A stretch of DNA of 64,000 bases from an uncultured Candidatus Saccharibacteria bacterium (GTDB lineage Bacteria > Patescibacteriota > Saccharimonadia > Saccharimonadales > CAYVSP01), in assembly GCA_964453655.1 (NCBI GenBank), contig CAYVSP010000001.1:645-64644 (forward strand). Direction: 5' to 3'. This document shows, one piece after another, positions 50,352 through 60,365 of the stretch. The position numbers and the translations under genes are program-made. The notes below the pieces were generated by a model. The model had not been told where the DNA came from, made no database searches, and saw only the letters and a list, made by a program, of their open reading frames with translations. How positions within the stretch are numbered: the first letter of the stretch is position 1; every line of letters starts with the position of its first letter.

Positions 50352-51053
50352 TTAGCGTCTTATACTAAGAGCTTTCCAAACAGGCACACAAGCCACAGAC
50401 AATTGTTCAACGTAGTGTGCATAAGCATGGTCATCCTGATCGGGTTGTCGCAATGTATCATTTGTAAGTGATGATCGAATAATTATCCCTTGTTTTACCT
50501 CAAAGGCTTTTACCCGATTTAGCAACTCTTCACCTGTTACACCTTCACTCTGTAAATGCCGACCATATCTAAAACCCATCTCTGCCGCAACTGCTCCCCA
50601 AGCATTATCATCGCAAACCTTAAAGTTTTCTATCAAGCTTTCGTCTAAACTTGCCCAGTCTTCTCTCTGTTCATCAGTGAAGCCACCTTCTGGTGTGCAT
50701 TTTGATGGATCAAAAGGTACAAAAGAAGGGGTAGTGTCTAATAAGGCGGTCACTTCTGCCGAGTGTGTAGTTAGGCGGTCTCGATCATAAAGGTCAAGAG
50801 CTGCAAGATCTGCACGAAAGAGTAGACGTGCCTCTGCATATTCTGATCTATCGTAAATCCTTGTAGCTGCCGCCATGGCTGCAATGCCTGCTTTGTATGC
50901 TCCTATTGCTACATCCGCTACTGAAGTATGAACTTCTGTTACTAAGTCAGTATTAGAGGCTATGTAAGCCCCTGTCTGTTGATCTATGACTCCTCGAAGC
51001 ACAGGAGTAGCATCTACTAATCCACCTTCTACTTCAGCCCATTGCATAGTCAC
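50352..51053 (-). CDS. Hypothetical protein
   Basis: 233-aa ORF, AAGGAGG RBS. Confidence 0.6.
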   Translation of the reverse strand: MTMQWAEVEGGLVDATPVLRGVIDQQTGAYIASNTDLVTEVHTSVADVAIGAYKAGIAAMAAATRIYDRSEYAEARLLFRADLAALDLYDRDRLTTHSAEVTALLDTTPSFVPFDPSKCTPEGGFTDEQREDWASLDESLIENFKVCDDNAWGAVAAEMGFRYGRHLQSEGVTGEELLNRVKAFEVKQGIIIRSSLTNDTLRQPDQDDHAYAHYVEQLSVACVPVWKALSIRR

Positions 51054-51097
51054 GCCTCCTTAGGTAAGGAAATTATCTCACTAGGATTTTCAATTCA

Positions 51098-51117
51098 CAA
51101 GCATGAGCAAAATAAAA
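51098..51117. repeat. 20-bp direct repeat, copy 1
   Basis: caagcatgagcaaaataaaa, identical to 51949-51968. Confidence 0.85.
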
Positions 51118-51131
51118 CAATGGGTGTTTTG

Positions 51132-51896
51132 CTATTCGTGTCTATTGATTATCCGTATATCTACAGTGCCTTCTGGGGTAAATGTTTTTGCAGCAACTGC
51201 AACTCGGTTATCTCTGTCCAGGTTCTCCCAAAGCATTCCTGCCATCTCTTCTGCTGAGCCTACAACTGGTACTCTAAATGGCAGCTCACCAAAAGAAGGC
51301 AGCGGGTCGCCGTTACCTTTATAGGTGTGCACTGCGAAGCCCATTTCTTCAACATCCAATGGATCAAAGTCTAGTTCAGGAGACTGGTCAGTGTACAGCT
51401 TGCGGTATGGACGAAAGCCGTAACGCCCATCGTGTCCTCTACTAATGACAGATATACCAAAGTATGGTTGACCTTCGTCTGGGTCAAAATGATGAAATCC
51501 ACTTATGCGAGGTGTGTAGTTAGGCTCATCAGGTTCGTATGTTGTTGCATACATTGCGTCGGCAAAAGTTTTACCAGCTCGTATATATCTAATAATTCTG
51601 TCCGTTTGGTTGCCGTTAGTCACTACATGAACATCACCAACTCTTCTCATGGCATCGTAAATGGTAAGCTCCGGGTCGCCAACAGGTAGCGAAGGATCAG
51701 CCACTTCTGTGCTTACAACATTATCTTCAATCACTAATCTTCTATTACGAGAGCCTTCGCTACGACCTTCTACAGCATATGCCTGGACCGCCATAACACC
51801 TGAAAAGCCTACCACTAGAAGCCGCCCTGGATATGGATTTTCGGCTAGCACAGCAAGATTTTGCTCTGGGCTGTTCATTGGACTATAGATTGGCAT
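51132..51896 (-). CDS. IMP cyclohydrolase (PurO-like)
   Basis: NPYPGR, GRS..SRNR, VTNG.QTD, YEPD.PNYTPRISG. Confidence 0.82.
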   Translation of the reverse strand: MPIYSPMNSPEQNLAVLAENPYPGRLLVVGFSGVMAVQAYAVEGRSEGSRNRRLVIEDNVVSTEVADPSLPVGDPELTIYDAMRRVGDVHVVTNGNQTDRIIRYIRAGKTFADAMYATTYEPDEPNYTPRISGFHHFDPDEGQPYFGISVISRGHDGRYGFRPYRKLYTDQSPELDFDPLDVEEMGFAVHTYKGNGDPLPSFGELPFRVPVVGSAEEMAGMLWENLDRDNRVAVAAKTFTPEGTVDIRIINRHE

Positions 51897-51948
51897 TATT
51901 GTTCCCCTCGGTTAATAGAATTATTGTGCTTGCTCCAAGTGCTATATG

Positions 51949-51968
51949 CAAGCATGAGCAAAATAAAA
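51949..51968. repeat. 20-bp direct repeat, copy 2
   Basis: caagcatgagcaaaataaaa. Confidence 0.85.
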
Positions 51969-52000
51969 AAGAAGCTATCAGCTACCAAGATTAAAAATAG

Positions 52001-52297
52001 TTAAGTCGCCTTGGGAGGAGCGTATACTGCTGCATAATCAAACACGACTCTTAGCTCACGCAATTCAGGGTCGGAGTCATATGTACTCATAACATCCCCA
52101 ATAACTTCCAAGCCTTCAGTTCCCGCACTCTCAGCGATAGTTCGCTCTTGTTCCTCGTATGAAATACCAGATATTCTCGGAGGAACTATATTGCCTGCAA
52201 AAGTATATCCTTGAGCTATTAAACTCTTCTCTATTACCATTCTATCGCTTAAGAAGTCCTGCCGTGAAACAGCTAGTTCTGGATTTATATCACTCAT
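52001..52297 (-). CDS. Hypothetical protein
   Basis: 98-aa ORF. Confidence 0.45.
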   Translation of the reverse strand: MSDINPELAVSRQDFLSDRMVIEKSLIAQGYTFAGNIVPPRISGISYEEQERTIAESAGTEGLEVIGDVMSTYDSDPELRELRVVFDYAAVYAPPKAT

Positions 52298-52338
52298 AAT
52301 TTGTAATAGTTTACAATATAATCAGACATAATTCAATT

Positions 52339-52415
52339 TGGTGCGGATTGCGGGACTCTAACCCGCGGCCTCGTCCTTGGCAAGGACGCGCTCTAAACAA
52401 CTGAGCTAAATCCGC
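52339..52415 (-). tRNA. tRNA-Gly(GCC), atypical (U19/A56, A73)
   Basis: GCGGATT..AATCCGC-ACCA, loop TT-GCC-AA, T-loop TTAGAGT. Confidence 0.93.
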
Positions 52416-52416
52416 A

Positions 52417-52492
52417 TGGTGGCGCCTCTCGGGCTCGAACCGAGGACACAAGGCTCTTCAAGCCTCTGCTCTACCAACTGAGCTAAAGCGCC
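52417..52492 (-). tRNA. tRNA-Phe(GAA)
   Basis: GGCGCTT..AGGCGCC-ACCA, loop TT-GAA-GA. Confidence 0.97.
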
Positions 52493-52504
52493 ATTTTAAA
52501 GTAC

Positions 52505-52581
52505 TGGTGGGCGATGAAGGACTCGAACCTACGACCCCCTCGGTGTAAACGAGGTGCTCTAGCCAACTGAGCTAATCGCCC
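52505..52581 (-). tRNA. tRNA-Val(UAC)
   Basis: GGGCGAT..ATCGCCC-ACCA, loop TT-TAC-AC. Confidence 0.97.
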
Positions 52582-52613
52582 TGATATGGTGAGAATGGAC
52601 AGCGCTCATTTTA

Positions 52614-52725
52614 CCGTTTTGCGAGAGGATTCGCAAAACGGGGGAGGAAGAACAACACAAGGCCCTGCTAAAATTTGGTCACTTAGTTGCCAAATTTTCC
52701 AGCAGGGCTGATGTTAGGTCTGACG
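52614..52725. repeat. CCA-abutting structured repeat, copy D
   Basis: ccgttttgcga-gaggat-tcgcaaaacgg, long hairpin, GACG adjacent to tRNA-Leu CCA. Confidence 0.92.
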
Positions 52726-52810
52726 TGGTGCGGACGAGAGGACTTGAACCTCCACGCCTTGCGGCACAGCCACCTCAAGGCTGCGCGTCTACCAATTCCG
52801 CCACGTCCGC
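52726..52810 (-). tRNA. tRNA-Leu(GAG)
   Basis: GCGGACG..CGTCCGC-ACCA, loop TT-GAG-GT, variable arm. Confidence 0.97.
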
Positions 52811-52848
52811 GCGTCGCGGGGTTATCTTAAGTGTTTTAGACCGAAAAC

Positions 52849-53127
52849 TCAAGGCTTCTGATGGTTTTCGTGTTGATCACGATAACGCTCAGCAAACGAA
52901 GTAATTCCCTTAAAGGCAACAGTTGCCCATATAAGGTTTAGCGTCACGCTTATATAAGCGTGTAAATGCCATTGATAAATTATAAGCAGTACTGCGCCCA
53001 CAAGATTGTCCAGTTCATACCAAAACGATTTATTTACCCACTTGCCAATGCTGATGCGATAAAAACCAAACAAAAGACAGCTAGCACCAATGGCACCAGC
53101 AATGTTGAAAAAAAGATTCTCGTTCAT
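52849..53127 (-). CDS. Small 3-TM membrane protein
   Basis: G..GA..LL..F, YELDNLVGA, LN.IW pattern; ATG 53127 preferred. Confidence 0.65.
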   Translation of the reverse strand: MNENLFFNIAGAIGASCLLFGFYRISIGKWVNKSFWYELDNLVGAVLLIIYQWHLHAYISVTLNLIWATVAFKGITSFAERYRDQHENHQKP

Positions 53128-53128
53128 T

Positions 53129-54769
53129 CTAACTTCGTGGCAAGTGATCGTACCACTGCCCCATTGAAAATTCATGCCTAAGCAGTGGTTTAATATCTTC
53201 TGTTTTAACGTCAATTTTGACGCCAGGGTTCAGGGTGTTATAAGGGTCAAAAATATGTTTTACTTTACGGAATAATTCATAAATTTTTTCTCCATAAAGA
53301 GCCGATAAGTAGGGTGCCCGTATGCGGCCATCATTATGCTCACCGCTAGTACTACCGCCTAAGCTAATAATAAATTTGTAGTAGTCATCAATTAGCCGGA
53401 ATACCTTTTGGCGATCACCGACCTGGCTCAAGTCAAGATACGGTTGCAAATGCAAGTTTGCATTGCCGGCATGGCCCCACACGGCTGGTCGTAAATGATG
53501 TTTTGCCAGAAGCGCATAAATACCACTGATATACTCTCGAAAGTGATCTACCGGCACAGTACCATCCTCAATGAGCGGCAGAGCCTTAGCGTTACCTTCG
53601 GAGTGCGATAGTAGTGTTGAAATGGCCTGTCTAACCTTCCAGAGCTGCTCTTTGGCCTGTTCCTCACTTTCAACACTATAATTTACGCTGTACTGTTGCA
53701 ACATTTTGGTTACCTTTTTAGCTAGCCGCTTCTGGTTACGAATGTTAGCGTCATCAAACTCAATCAGCATGAACAATTTAGGATAAGGCTTGTTAATAAT
53801 ACCCTTGATAAAGTTAGGGTTGTGCTGCTCAATAAATTGCAGCACGTGCTCGTCAACCACCTCTATAGCACTTGGTATATCCGGCAAACTTCGTATTTCA
53901 GTTAGTAATTCTTCAGCCACCTGTATGTCATCAAAGAAGGCGGCAATTAATGTGGTGTTAGGGCTATATGGCTCTGTGGTTAGTGTAGCTTCCGTTACGA
54001 TGCCAAGGGTGCCTTGAGAACCTACAAATAGAGGAGTTAGATCAAACGAGCCGTCTTTGCGCCGTATATTCCAAACATCATAGCCTGTAGCATTCTTGGT
54101 CACGCTGCCTAACATCGAACTTTTTAAGGCTGCTTCATTTTCTTCTAGTAATTTATCAAGCGTCCGATATATTTCGCCCTCAAAACTGGACAAGCCAAGT
54201 TTCTTACTGAGATCGCGTTTGCTCAACCGAGAAGTTTCAATAACCTCTCCGTTAGCAAGTACCACACGCAAACTTTTAACATAATCACGCGTGCAACCAT
54301 ACTTTATAGTCTTTTCACCGGCTCCGTTGTTAGCGATAGCCCCGCCAATGGTGCTGTACTCGAGGGAAGCTGGAAAAGGCGGCAAAAAACGACCGTGGGT
54401 ATGCAGTGTTTGTTGTAATTTACCATAAGTTATGCCCGGTTCTACCGTAACCATGCCCGATTTGCTGTCAAATTCCAGGATTCGATTCAGGTGGGCTGGA
54501 AAAACCATCAATATACCCTCGCCGATGGCTGCTCCACTTTGATCTGTTCCGAGACCTCGCGCCGTAATAGGAACAACGCGGCCTCGCTCGGCTAATTGCC
54601 AGGCAAATCGAGCTGTTTTACGAACATCATTTTCATTACGAGGATAGGCGACAACAGAAGGAGTAAGCGTTAGTATACTGCCGTCGGTAGAAAAATGTTT
54701 GCGCGCTTCTGGACTAGTAAGGACTTCGCCAAGTAGATGTTCTTGAAGGTAGTGTGCGACTTTACTCAT
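53129..54769 (-). CDS. FAD-binding oxidoreductase (second GlcD/D-LDH-like paralog)
   Basis: RGLGTDQSG, GGAIANN, GSQGTLG, GHAGNANLH, SGEHNDG. Confidence 0.9.
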   Translation of the reverse strand: MSKVAHYLQEHLLGEVLTSPEARKHFSTDGSILTLTPSVVAYPRNENDVRKTARFAWQLAERGRVVPITARGLGTDQSGAAIGEGILMVFPAHLNRILEFDSKSGMVTVEPGITYGKLQQTLHTHGRFLPPFPASLEYSTIGGAIANNGAGEKTIKYGCTRDYVKSLRVVLANGEVIETSRLSKRDLSKKLGLSSFEGEIYRTLDKLLEENEAALKSSMLGSVTKNATGYDVWNIRRKDGSFDLTPLFVGSQGTLGIVTEATLTTEPYSPNTTLIAAFFDDIQVAEELLTEIRSLPDIPSAIEVVDEHVLQFIEQHNPNFIKGIINKPYPKLFMLIEFDDANIRNQKRLAKKVTKMLQQYSVNYSVESEEQAKEQLWKVRQAISTLLSHSEGNAKALPLIEDGTVPVDHFREYISGIYALLAKHHLRPAVWGHAGNANLHLQPYLDLSQVGDRQKVFRLIDDYYKFIISLGGSTSGEHNDGRIRAPYLSALYGEKIYELFRKVKHIFDPYNTLNPGVKIDVKTEDIKPLLRHEFSMGQWYDHLPRS

Positions 54770-54840
54770 TAATCGATAAATCCCACAGTTATAAGAGTTA
54801 ATAATACTTAGCTAATATAGCATACCGATGTATGTAAGTC

Positions 54841-54927
54841 TGGTGCGCGAGAGAGGACTTGAACCTCCATGAACCGAAGTCCACTAGCTCCTGAAGCTAG
54901 CGCGTCTACCAATTCCGCCACTCGCGC
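54841..54927 (-). tRNA. tRNA-Leu(CAG)
   Basis: GCGCGAG..CTCGCGC-ACCA, loop TT-CAG-GA. Confidence 0.97.
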
Positions 54928-54965
54928 ACAACAGAGGTTATTTTAGTATACATGTACCGACGAAG

Positions 54966-56747
54966 CTATTGGTAGACTTTAGTCTGTTTAATCATCCAGT
55001 TCTGAATATTAGCGTAGCGGTCGACATCGGCATTCATAGTGGTGGGTTCAAAACCAAAGATTTTGCCATGAGTTAGATATAAAAAGCGGGGTTGATAAAG
55101 CGCTAACCCAGGTGCATCATCCCGCCAAGCTTGCAAAAAGGGTTTATATTTAACGCTTCGCAGGGATGCATCAGACCGAGAGCGACCAGCTTCAAGGCTT
55201 TTATCAGCTACGTTAGAGCGATATTCTGAGAAGTTTAGCCGGTTATTGGCACGCAAATCGGCTTGCGAGCTATGCCAATAGGCAAATTCGTCTGGATCGA
55301 TTCCGAGCGCAACACCATACAACAAGGCATCATAGTTATGAAAGGCAAGGACACTTTGCATATCACTGCTGTCCTGCAAGTAAACCTGTATATCAACGCC
55401 GACCGCACGCCATTGCTTCTGCAGAACTTGCGTAACATAAGTATATTCACTGGTATTCTGCGAATATAGCCGAAAGGTTAAAGGCTTGCCGGCTTTGGTA
55501 CGAATGCCGCCATTATCTTGATGCCAGCCGGCATCATCTAATAGTTTACTAGCCTCACTTATGTTTTGAGCAGGTTGTGCAAGCGATTTATCAAACCCGA
55601 CTTGGCTCGACAATAAAGGACCGCGCACTGTAATAACCGGATAGCCTAAGCCGTTAATAACGTCAGCTGTATTGGCGGCCAATACTAGTGCTCTACGTAC
55701 TTTGACGTCTTGCAAGACTTCTTGTGAGGTTTTAAAGAAAACAAACACTGCACTGGTCAATGGCACATCATACTCAACCACGTTTTTATTAGTCTTTAAT
55801 GCTTCGGGTACGGCATTTATACCAGCCATGGCAGTAAGTTCATCATCCTGAAAACTCTTGACCAGTCGTTTTTCATCATGGAATGCCCGGATAATAAAGT
55901 TGCTTAATTTTGGTGCCCCGTCATGATATTGAACAAAGGGCACAAGACCGATGCGTTCCTCCCTGGTCTCAGGCGTTGTACCGACTACTTCTATATTCTG
56001 CCACTGGAAAGGACCGGCACCTATCGGGTGCGCATTATTAAACGGTACTGAACGCAATTGAGTCATCGGCCGGCCGTCAAGTACATGCTGAGGCACGATA
56101 CCGGTGGTCAGACTATAGATGAATGAGCCTAGCGCCGTAGGCAGCGTAAAGCTAATGGTTTGCGGATCTAACGCTTTTATAGTGATATTTTGCCAACTGT
56201 CATGCAGTGGTGATTGAGCGTCTGGATTCTGGATTACTTGGTAGGTGAAGGCTACATCTGCACTGGTGAGGGGACGACCGTCTTGCCACAACAAATTGGG
56301 CCTTAAATGTACCGTGTAGACTATGCCGCGATTATCAACATCATACCTGTCAGCCAAATCTCCAACTAGACGGTTATGGCTGTCCGTCTTGAACAATCCG
56401 GCAAAAACCAGATGCGAAACGGCTACGTCAACTGTGCTTGAAGCATACAGTGGATTAGCATTTGTAAAACTACCTAATATTCCTTCTGTATAGATACCGC
56501 CTGGCGTCGGTTGTGATTTTTGATAATAATGGCTGAGGTTTCTTATTTGTAAAACCAACCCGCCAATCAGCAATACGACCAGCAGTAACCACGCAATGAT
56601 AAAACGACGCACATCCCATAACTGATTCAATCTTTTAAAAAAATGCCGCTCCAAGTGCTCTTCGGCATGCTGCCCCATACCTTGCACCTGCTGACGACTG
56701 TGGCGATAACGTCGGCGCCACTTTAACTTAATCTTTCTATCTATCAC
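54966..56747 (-). CDS. Peptide ABC transporter substrate-binding protein (family 5)
   Basis: GG.YTEG, NPL, GDLA, WQDG.PLT..DV.FT, PIGAGPF. Confidence 0.88.
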   Translation of the reverse strand: MIDRKIKLKWRRRYRHSRQQVQGMGQHAEEHLERHFFKRLNQLWDVRRFIIAWLLLVVLLIGGLVLQIRNLSHYYQKSQPTPGGIYTEGILGSFTNANPLYASSTVDVAVSHLVFAGLFKTDSHNRLVGDLADRYDVDNRGIVYTVHLRPNLLWQDGRPLTSADVAFTYQVIQNPDAQSPLHDSWQNITIKALDPQTISFTLPTALGSFIYSLTTGIVPQHVLDGRPMTQLRSVPFNNAHPIGAGPFQWQNIEVVGTTPETREERIGLVPFVQYHDGAPKLSNFIIRAFHDEKRLVKSFQDDELTAMAGINAVPEALKTNKNVVEYDVPLTSAVFVFFKTSQEVLQDVKVRRALVLAANTADVINGLGYPVITVRGPLLSSQVGFDKSLAQPAQNISEASKLLDDAGWHQDNGGIRTKAGKPLTFRLYSQNTSEYTYVTQVLQKQWRAVGVDIQVYLQDSSDMQSVLAFHNYDALLYGVALGIDPDEFAYWHSSQADLRANNRLNFSEYRSNVADKSLEAGRSRSDASLRSVKYKPFLQAWRDDAPGLALYQPRFLYLTHGKIFGFEPTTMNADVDRYANIQNWMIKQTKVYQ

Positions 56748-56786
56748 GTACGGCCCACCACCTTTTAACCTGTTGCATAAGGAATT

Positions 56787-56999
56787 TTAAGAAATAATCC
56801 CGAGTATTAAAGAAAGAGCAAAAATTACAACCAGAATAACGGTAATTTGATGTAGGGTTCTGTCAGAACCGCGCCGGATTGTATTGACTTCTCCACTGCC
56901 GCCAAGGCCAGCCCCAAGCGAAGCTCCTCGGGTCTGAATCAGGATCAAAATTGTCACCAAGATAACTGAGACAATTGTGACGTAATTAAGCCAGCTCAT
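56787..56999 (-). CDS. secG: Preprotein translocase subunit SecG
   Basis: ILIQ.RGASLGAGLGG..RRG between two TM helices. Confidence 0.9.
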   Translation of the reverse strand: MSWLNYVTIVSVILVTILILIQTRGASLGAGLGGSGEVNTIRRGSDRTLHQITVILVVIFALSLILGIIS

Positions 57000-57358
57000 C
57001 GTTCCTCCAGAATAGTTGTCACTAAATAGTTTACTAAGCCGATGCATAGTCCGGCAAGCATTGCCGCACCGAAATTATTCACGTACAGCGACGGATACAG
57101 CTTACTGACTAGAAATACCATTAAACCATTAATCACAATCATAAACAAACCAAGGCTGAAGAGTATGGCCGGTAATGACAAAATAATAATAATTGGTTTA
57201 ATGATGCTGTTAATGACTGCCAATATAAGGCCGGCGACAATAACTACAACCAAACGGCTATCATACGTTACCCGGCCTTCCAGTAGACCGGCGGCTATCC
57301 AAAGACCTAAACTGCAGACAAACCAGCGGGCTAAAAAACGGCTACTCGGGCGATTCAT
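56996..57358 (-). CDS. YvlD/phage-holin-family 4-TM membrane protein
   Basis: N..IKPI...LSLP....LGLF..VIN. Confidence 0.85.
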   Translation of the reverse strand: MNRPSSRFLARWFVCSLGLWIAAGLLEGRVTYDSRLVVVIVAGLILAVINSIIKPIIIILSLPAILFSLGLFMIVINGLMVFLVSKLYPSLYVNNFGAAMLAGLCIGLVNYLVTTILEER

Positions 57359-57364
57359 ACTGGT

Positions 57365-58609
57365 CTATATTTTAACATTATGCTTGAGGTTACTGGGTAA
57401 CTTATCGCTAAGTATTTTTAGTCCTTTTTTCTCTATCAGCACATTATCTTCAATCCGCACGCCAAGGCTCTCTTCGGGAATATAAATACCGGTCTCGACA
57501 GCCAGAACCATGCCGGGCTCCAAAGGCCGTTCATAGTCAGCCAAGTCATGGGCGTCCAACCCAAGGTGATGCGAAGTAGCGTGTGGAAAATAATGTCTAA
57601 TAGATTCCCTTTCGGCGCTCTTAATAAGGCCTAGTTCGCGCAATTTTTCCCCCATGAATACTTCAATCGTCTTTTCGTATTCTTTTATTAATACTCCAGG
57701 TTTTAATTGCGCGTAAGCAAACTGTTGAACCTCTAAAACGGCTGCGTATAATTGTTTTTGTCTTTTGGTTGGAGACGATAAAGCATAAGTACGTGATATA
57801 TCGGCCGCATAATTTTCAACTTCCGCACTCACGTCTAGCACTAAAAGTCCTTTTGGATCTAAAGGCGAGTTATTAGCTACATAGTGAATGGTACAGGCGT
57901 TCTGTCCACTGGCCACAATTGGCGTAAAACCGTGCCCAGCAGCACCTCGTTTTCGAAAACCGGAAGTAATATCGGCTTCAATTTCATATTCGTTCTTATA
58001 TTGCATAAAGCCGCGCCGACTTACTGTCTTTAAGGTGTCTACGGTTATACCAATGGCCGCTTGGAGGGCTTCCAGTTCAGAGTCTTGCTTTACCATCCGC
58101 ATACGCGCTAAATGTTGCCGTAAATCCAAAGGCTCTAGACTTGGATTAATTTCTTTAAGCCTTTCGAGTAAACGAGCACGCGCGGGATTGGTATAGAGAC
58201 CATATGGCTCAAGGTAAACGGGGGGTGACGCCAGGGTAGCAATATGTTTTACGCGCTTCAGCCGGCTGGATAATTGGCGCCAGCCGTCTTTTTCGTTATA
58301 TACGTCCGTAATACCAGAGCGGGCCGTCATAGCGGACGATTCCAGAGTGCCATCAAACTGCTCCATAACTGGTTCGCGGGACGGTAGTATTAAATATTCC
58401 TTTTGTTTATCGAGCACCAGAATGATATCTGGGTCATCCAAGCCAGTCAGATACCAAAAATTACTATCCTGTCGAAAACCAAAGTTAACCGTAGCGTTGC
58501 GTTGCAGCACGCCATTAGCCGTAATGATAATCGGCGCCGTACCACTAAATAATGTTCGTAGCTTTTGCCGATTAGCCATAAAGAAATCAGCAGTAAAGAA
58601 TGACTCCAT
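57365..58609 (-). CDS. pepP: Xaa-Pro aminopeptidase
   Basis: FRQDSNFWYLTG, HY, ADISRT, H..SH.LGLD.HD, E.GIY, GVRIED. Confidence 0.92.
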   Translation of the reverse strand: MESFFTADFFMANRQKLRTLFSGTAPIIITANGVLQRNATVNFGFRQDSNFWYLTGLDDPDIILVLDKQKEYLILPSREPVMEQFDGTLESSAMTARSGITDVYNEKDGWRQLSSRLKRVKHIATLASPPVYLEPYGLYTNPARARLLERLKEINPSLEPLDLRQHLARMRMVKQDSELEALQAAIGITVDTLKTVSRRGFMQYKNEYEIEADITSGFRKRGAAGHGFTPIVASGQNACTIHYVANNSPLDPKGLLVLDVSAEVENYAADISRTYALSSPTKRQKQLYAAVLEVQQFAYAQLKPGVLIKEYEKTIEVFMGEKLRELGLIKSAERESIRHYFPHATSHHLGLDAHDLADYERPLEPGMVLAVETGIYIPEESLGVRIEDNVLIEKKGLKILSDKLPSNLKHNVKI

Positions 58610-58631
58610 AATCAGACCGTCATTATATCAG

Positions 58632-60155
58632 TTAAACGAAAGTATTTTTACGGATCGGCCGCAAATACTGCTTTAGAATGGCAGCTTTTTTTGTACCAAC
58701 TGCTCGTTCAACCTCCAATTCACGAGCTTGCAATAATCCTCGCATGCTGCCAAAAGTTTTTATAAGCTTTTTTCGGGTTGCCGGACCAATAGTCGGAATG
58801 TCATCGAGCATACTAGCGGTTTGGCGTTTGGTTTTCAGTACCGAGTGATAGCTAACCGCAAAGCGGTGTGATTCATCACGAATACGCTGTAAAAGTTTTA
58901 CGGCGTGCGAGCTCTTAGGTAGCGAAATAACCGCAAATTCATCGTTTGAACTTACGAAGCCACCCAGCTTCTGGACCAACACCTCATTGACTACTACAGA
59001 AGAGCGTTTGATATGCGCCACTATTTCTTCTTCCCGCTTAGCAAGTCCTATCATAGGCAACATTAGACCCCTTTCGTCTCTGGCCTTCAAGGCTGCCGTT
59101 AACTGCCCTTTGCCGCCATCAATCAACAATAAATCAGCCAAACCCCAATCCTTGTGGTTGTCTTCGCTCAAGCGGCGCGAAATGGCCTCGTGCATATGCG
59201 CAAAGTCATCATTACCTGGCAAACGTAGCTTAAACTTACGATAAGCCGTTTTATTCGGTACGCCACTTATAAAGACCACCATGCTGGCCACATTGTCGGT
59301 GCCCGACATGTGGCTGATATCATAACCCTCGATTCGGCGCGGAATATCCTTCATACCAAATATCTGGTTAAGTTCGACAAGTCCTTGATCTTTGCTGATA
59401 TCCATAAACTCTCGATCACCAAAAACAATCTGTTTATGCAGGCTTTTAAGGGCATATAATTGGTTGCGATAGGTGCTGGCAGCTTCAAAGTCCTGCTTTT
59501 TGGCAGCAAATTTCATATCTTTTTCAATTTGTTGCATGAGGCTAACGCGTTCGCCTTTGAGATATTGCATTAATTTCTTCAAATTGACCCGATAATCCTT
59601 GAGCGATGTCTTGCCTTCCTCAAGACCAGGACAGAGTCCAAGGTGATACTGCAGACATGCTCGTTTTGGAATTACGTTTATGTGTGTGGAGTATGGGAAG
59701 ATGCGTCTAAGATACTTCAGAGCTTTTTTAAGACTAAAAGCACTGAAATACGGCCCAAAGTACTGTGCATCATCATCTAGTGGCCGCCTGGTTAAAGTTA
59801 CAGTGGGATGCGAGGCCTTATAACTTATACGTACATACACCAAACTTTTATCATCACGTAACAAAATGTTGTATGGCGGCAAGTATCGTCGGACTAGCTC
59901 AGCTTCTAGGAACAACGCATCGAGTTCGGTCTCTACTTCTGTCCAGTCAACATCGGCTATTTCGGCCACCAGAACATCGGTTTTAGGATCACGTACCCGG
60001 CTTTTCTGAAAGTACTGCCGCACACGGTTACGCAAGTTGGCTGCTTTGCCAATATAAATAATCTCGCCTTTGCTATTCTTATGAAAATAGACGCCAGGCG
60101 ATTTTGGCAACGCCGCTAGTTTGCTTTCGAGCTTAGACACTACTTTATTATACAA
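58632..60155 (-). CDS. uvrC: Excinuclease ABC subunit C
   Basis: GIY-YIG (PGVY..YIGKA), RIEGYDISH, IDGGKGQ, RDESHRFA, HhH. Confidence 0.96.
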   Translation of the reverse strand: MYNKVVSKLESKLAALPKSPGVYFHKNSKGEIIYIGKAANLRNRVRQYFQKSRVRDPKTDVLVAEIADVDWTEVETELDALFLEAELVRRYLPPYNILLRDDKSLVYVRISYKASHPTVTLTRRPLDDDAQYFGPYFSAFSLKKALKYLRRIFPYSTHINVIPKRACLQYHLGLCPGLEEGKTSLKDYRVNLKKLMQYLKGERVSLMQQIEKDMKFAAKKQDFEAASTYRNQLYALKSLHKQIVFGDREFMDISKDQGLVELNQIFGMKDIPRRIEGYDISHMSGTDNVASMVVFISGVPNKTAYRKFKLRLPGNDDFAHMHEAISRRLSEDNHKDWGLADLLLIDGGKGQLTAALKARDERGLMLPMIGLAKREEEIVAHIKRSSVVVNEVLVQKLGGFVSSNDEFAVISLPKSSHAVKLLQRIRDESHRFAVSYHSVLKTKRQTASMLDDIPTIGPATRKKLIKTFGSMRGLLQARELEVERAVGTKKAAILKQYLRPIRKNTFV

Positions 60156-60164
60156 AGAGGTGTT

Positions 60165-60365
60165 TTATGGGTTAGGAGCGTTGCCGCTGAAAACTTGTTC
60201 TTGAAATTGGGCAAGGGTAGTCGTCGCAAAATTAGCTACATCCGGTCCAACTTTAATTGCAACAGCAACTGTAGTAAAACTGGCAAGAAGGCCAAGCCAC
60301 TCCTTTGCCGTACCATGCCTGGAAACATTTTCACCTGAGGAGTTTGGTTCTCCAAATTCATTCAT
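60165..60365 (-). CDS. Small hypothetical membrane protein
   Basis: 66-aa ORF with one hydrophobic stretch. Confidence 0.4.
   Translation of the reverse strand: MNEFGEPNSSGENVSRHGTAKEWLGLLASFTTVAVAIKVGPDVANFATTTLAQFQEQVFSGNAPNP

Noticed and set aside
52587-52615. Second minihelix-like hairpin ending in ACCA between tRNA-Val and repeat D
   Set aside because: Pairs poorly on the minus strand, the ACCA is not a free overhang, and it overlaps the repeat
56996-57358. Prophage implied by 'phage holin family' gene
   Set aside because: YvlD-type membrane protein in a housekeeping uvrC-pepP-secG context; no phage genes nearby
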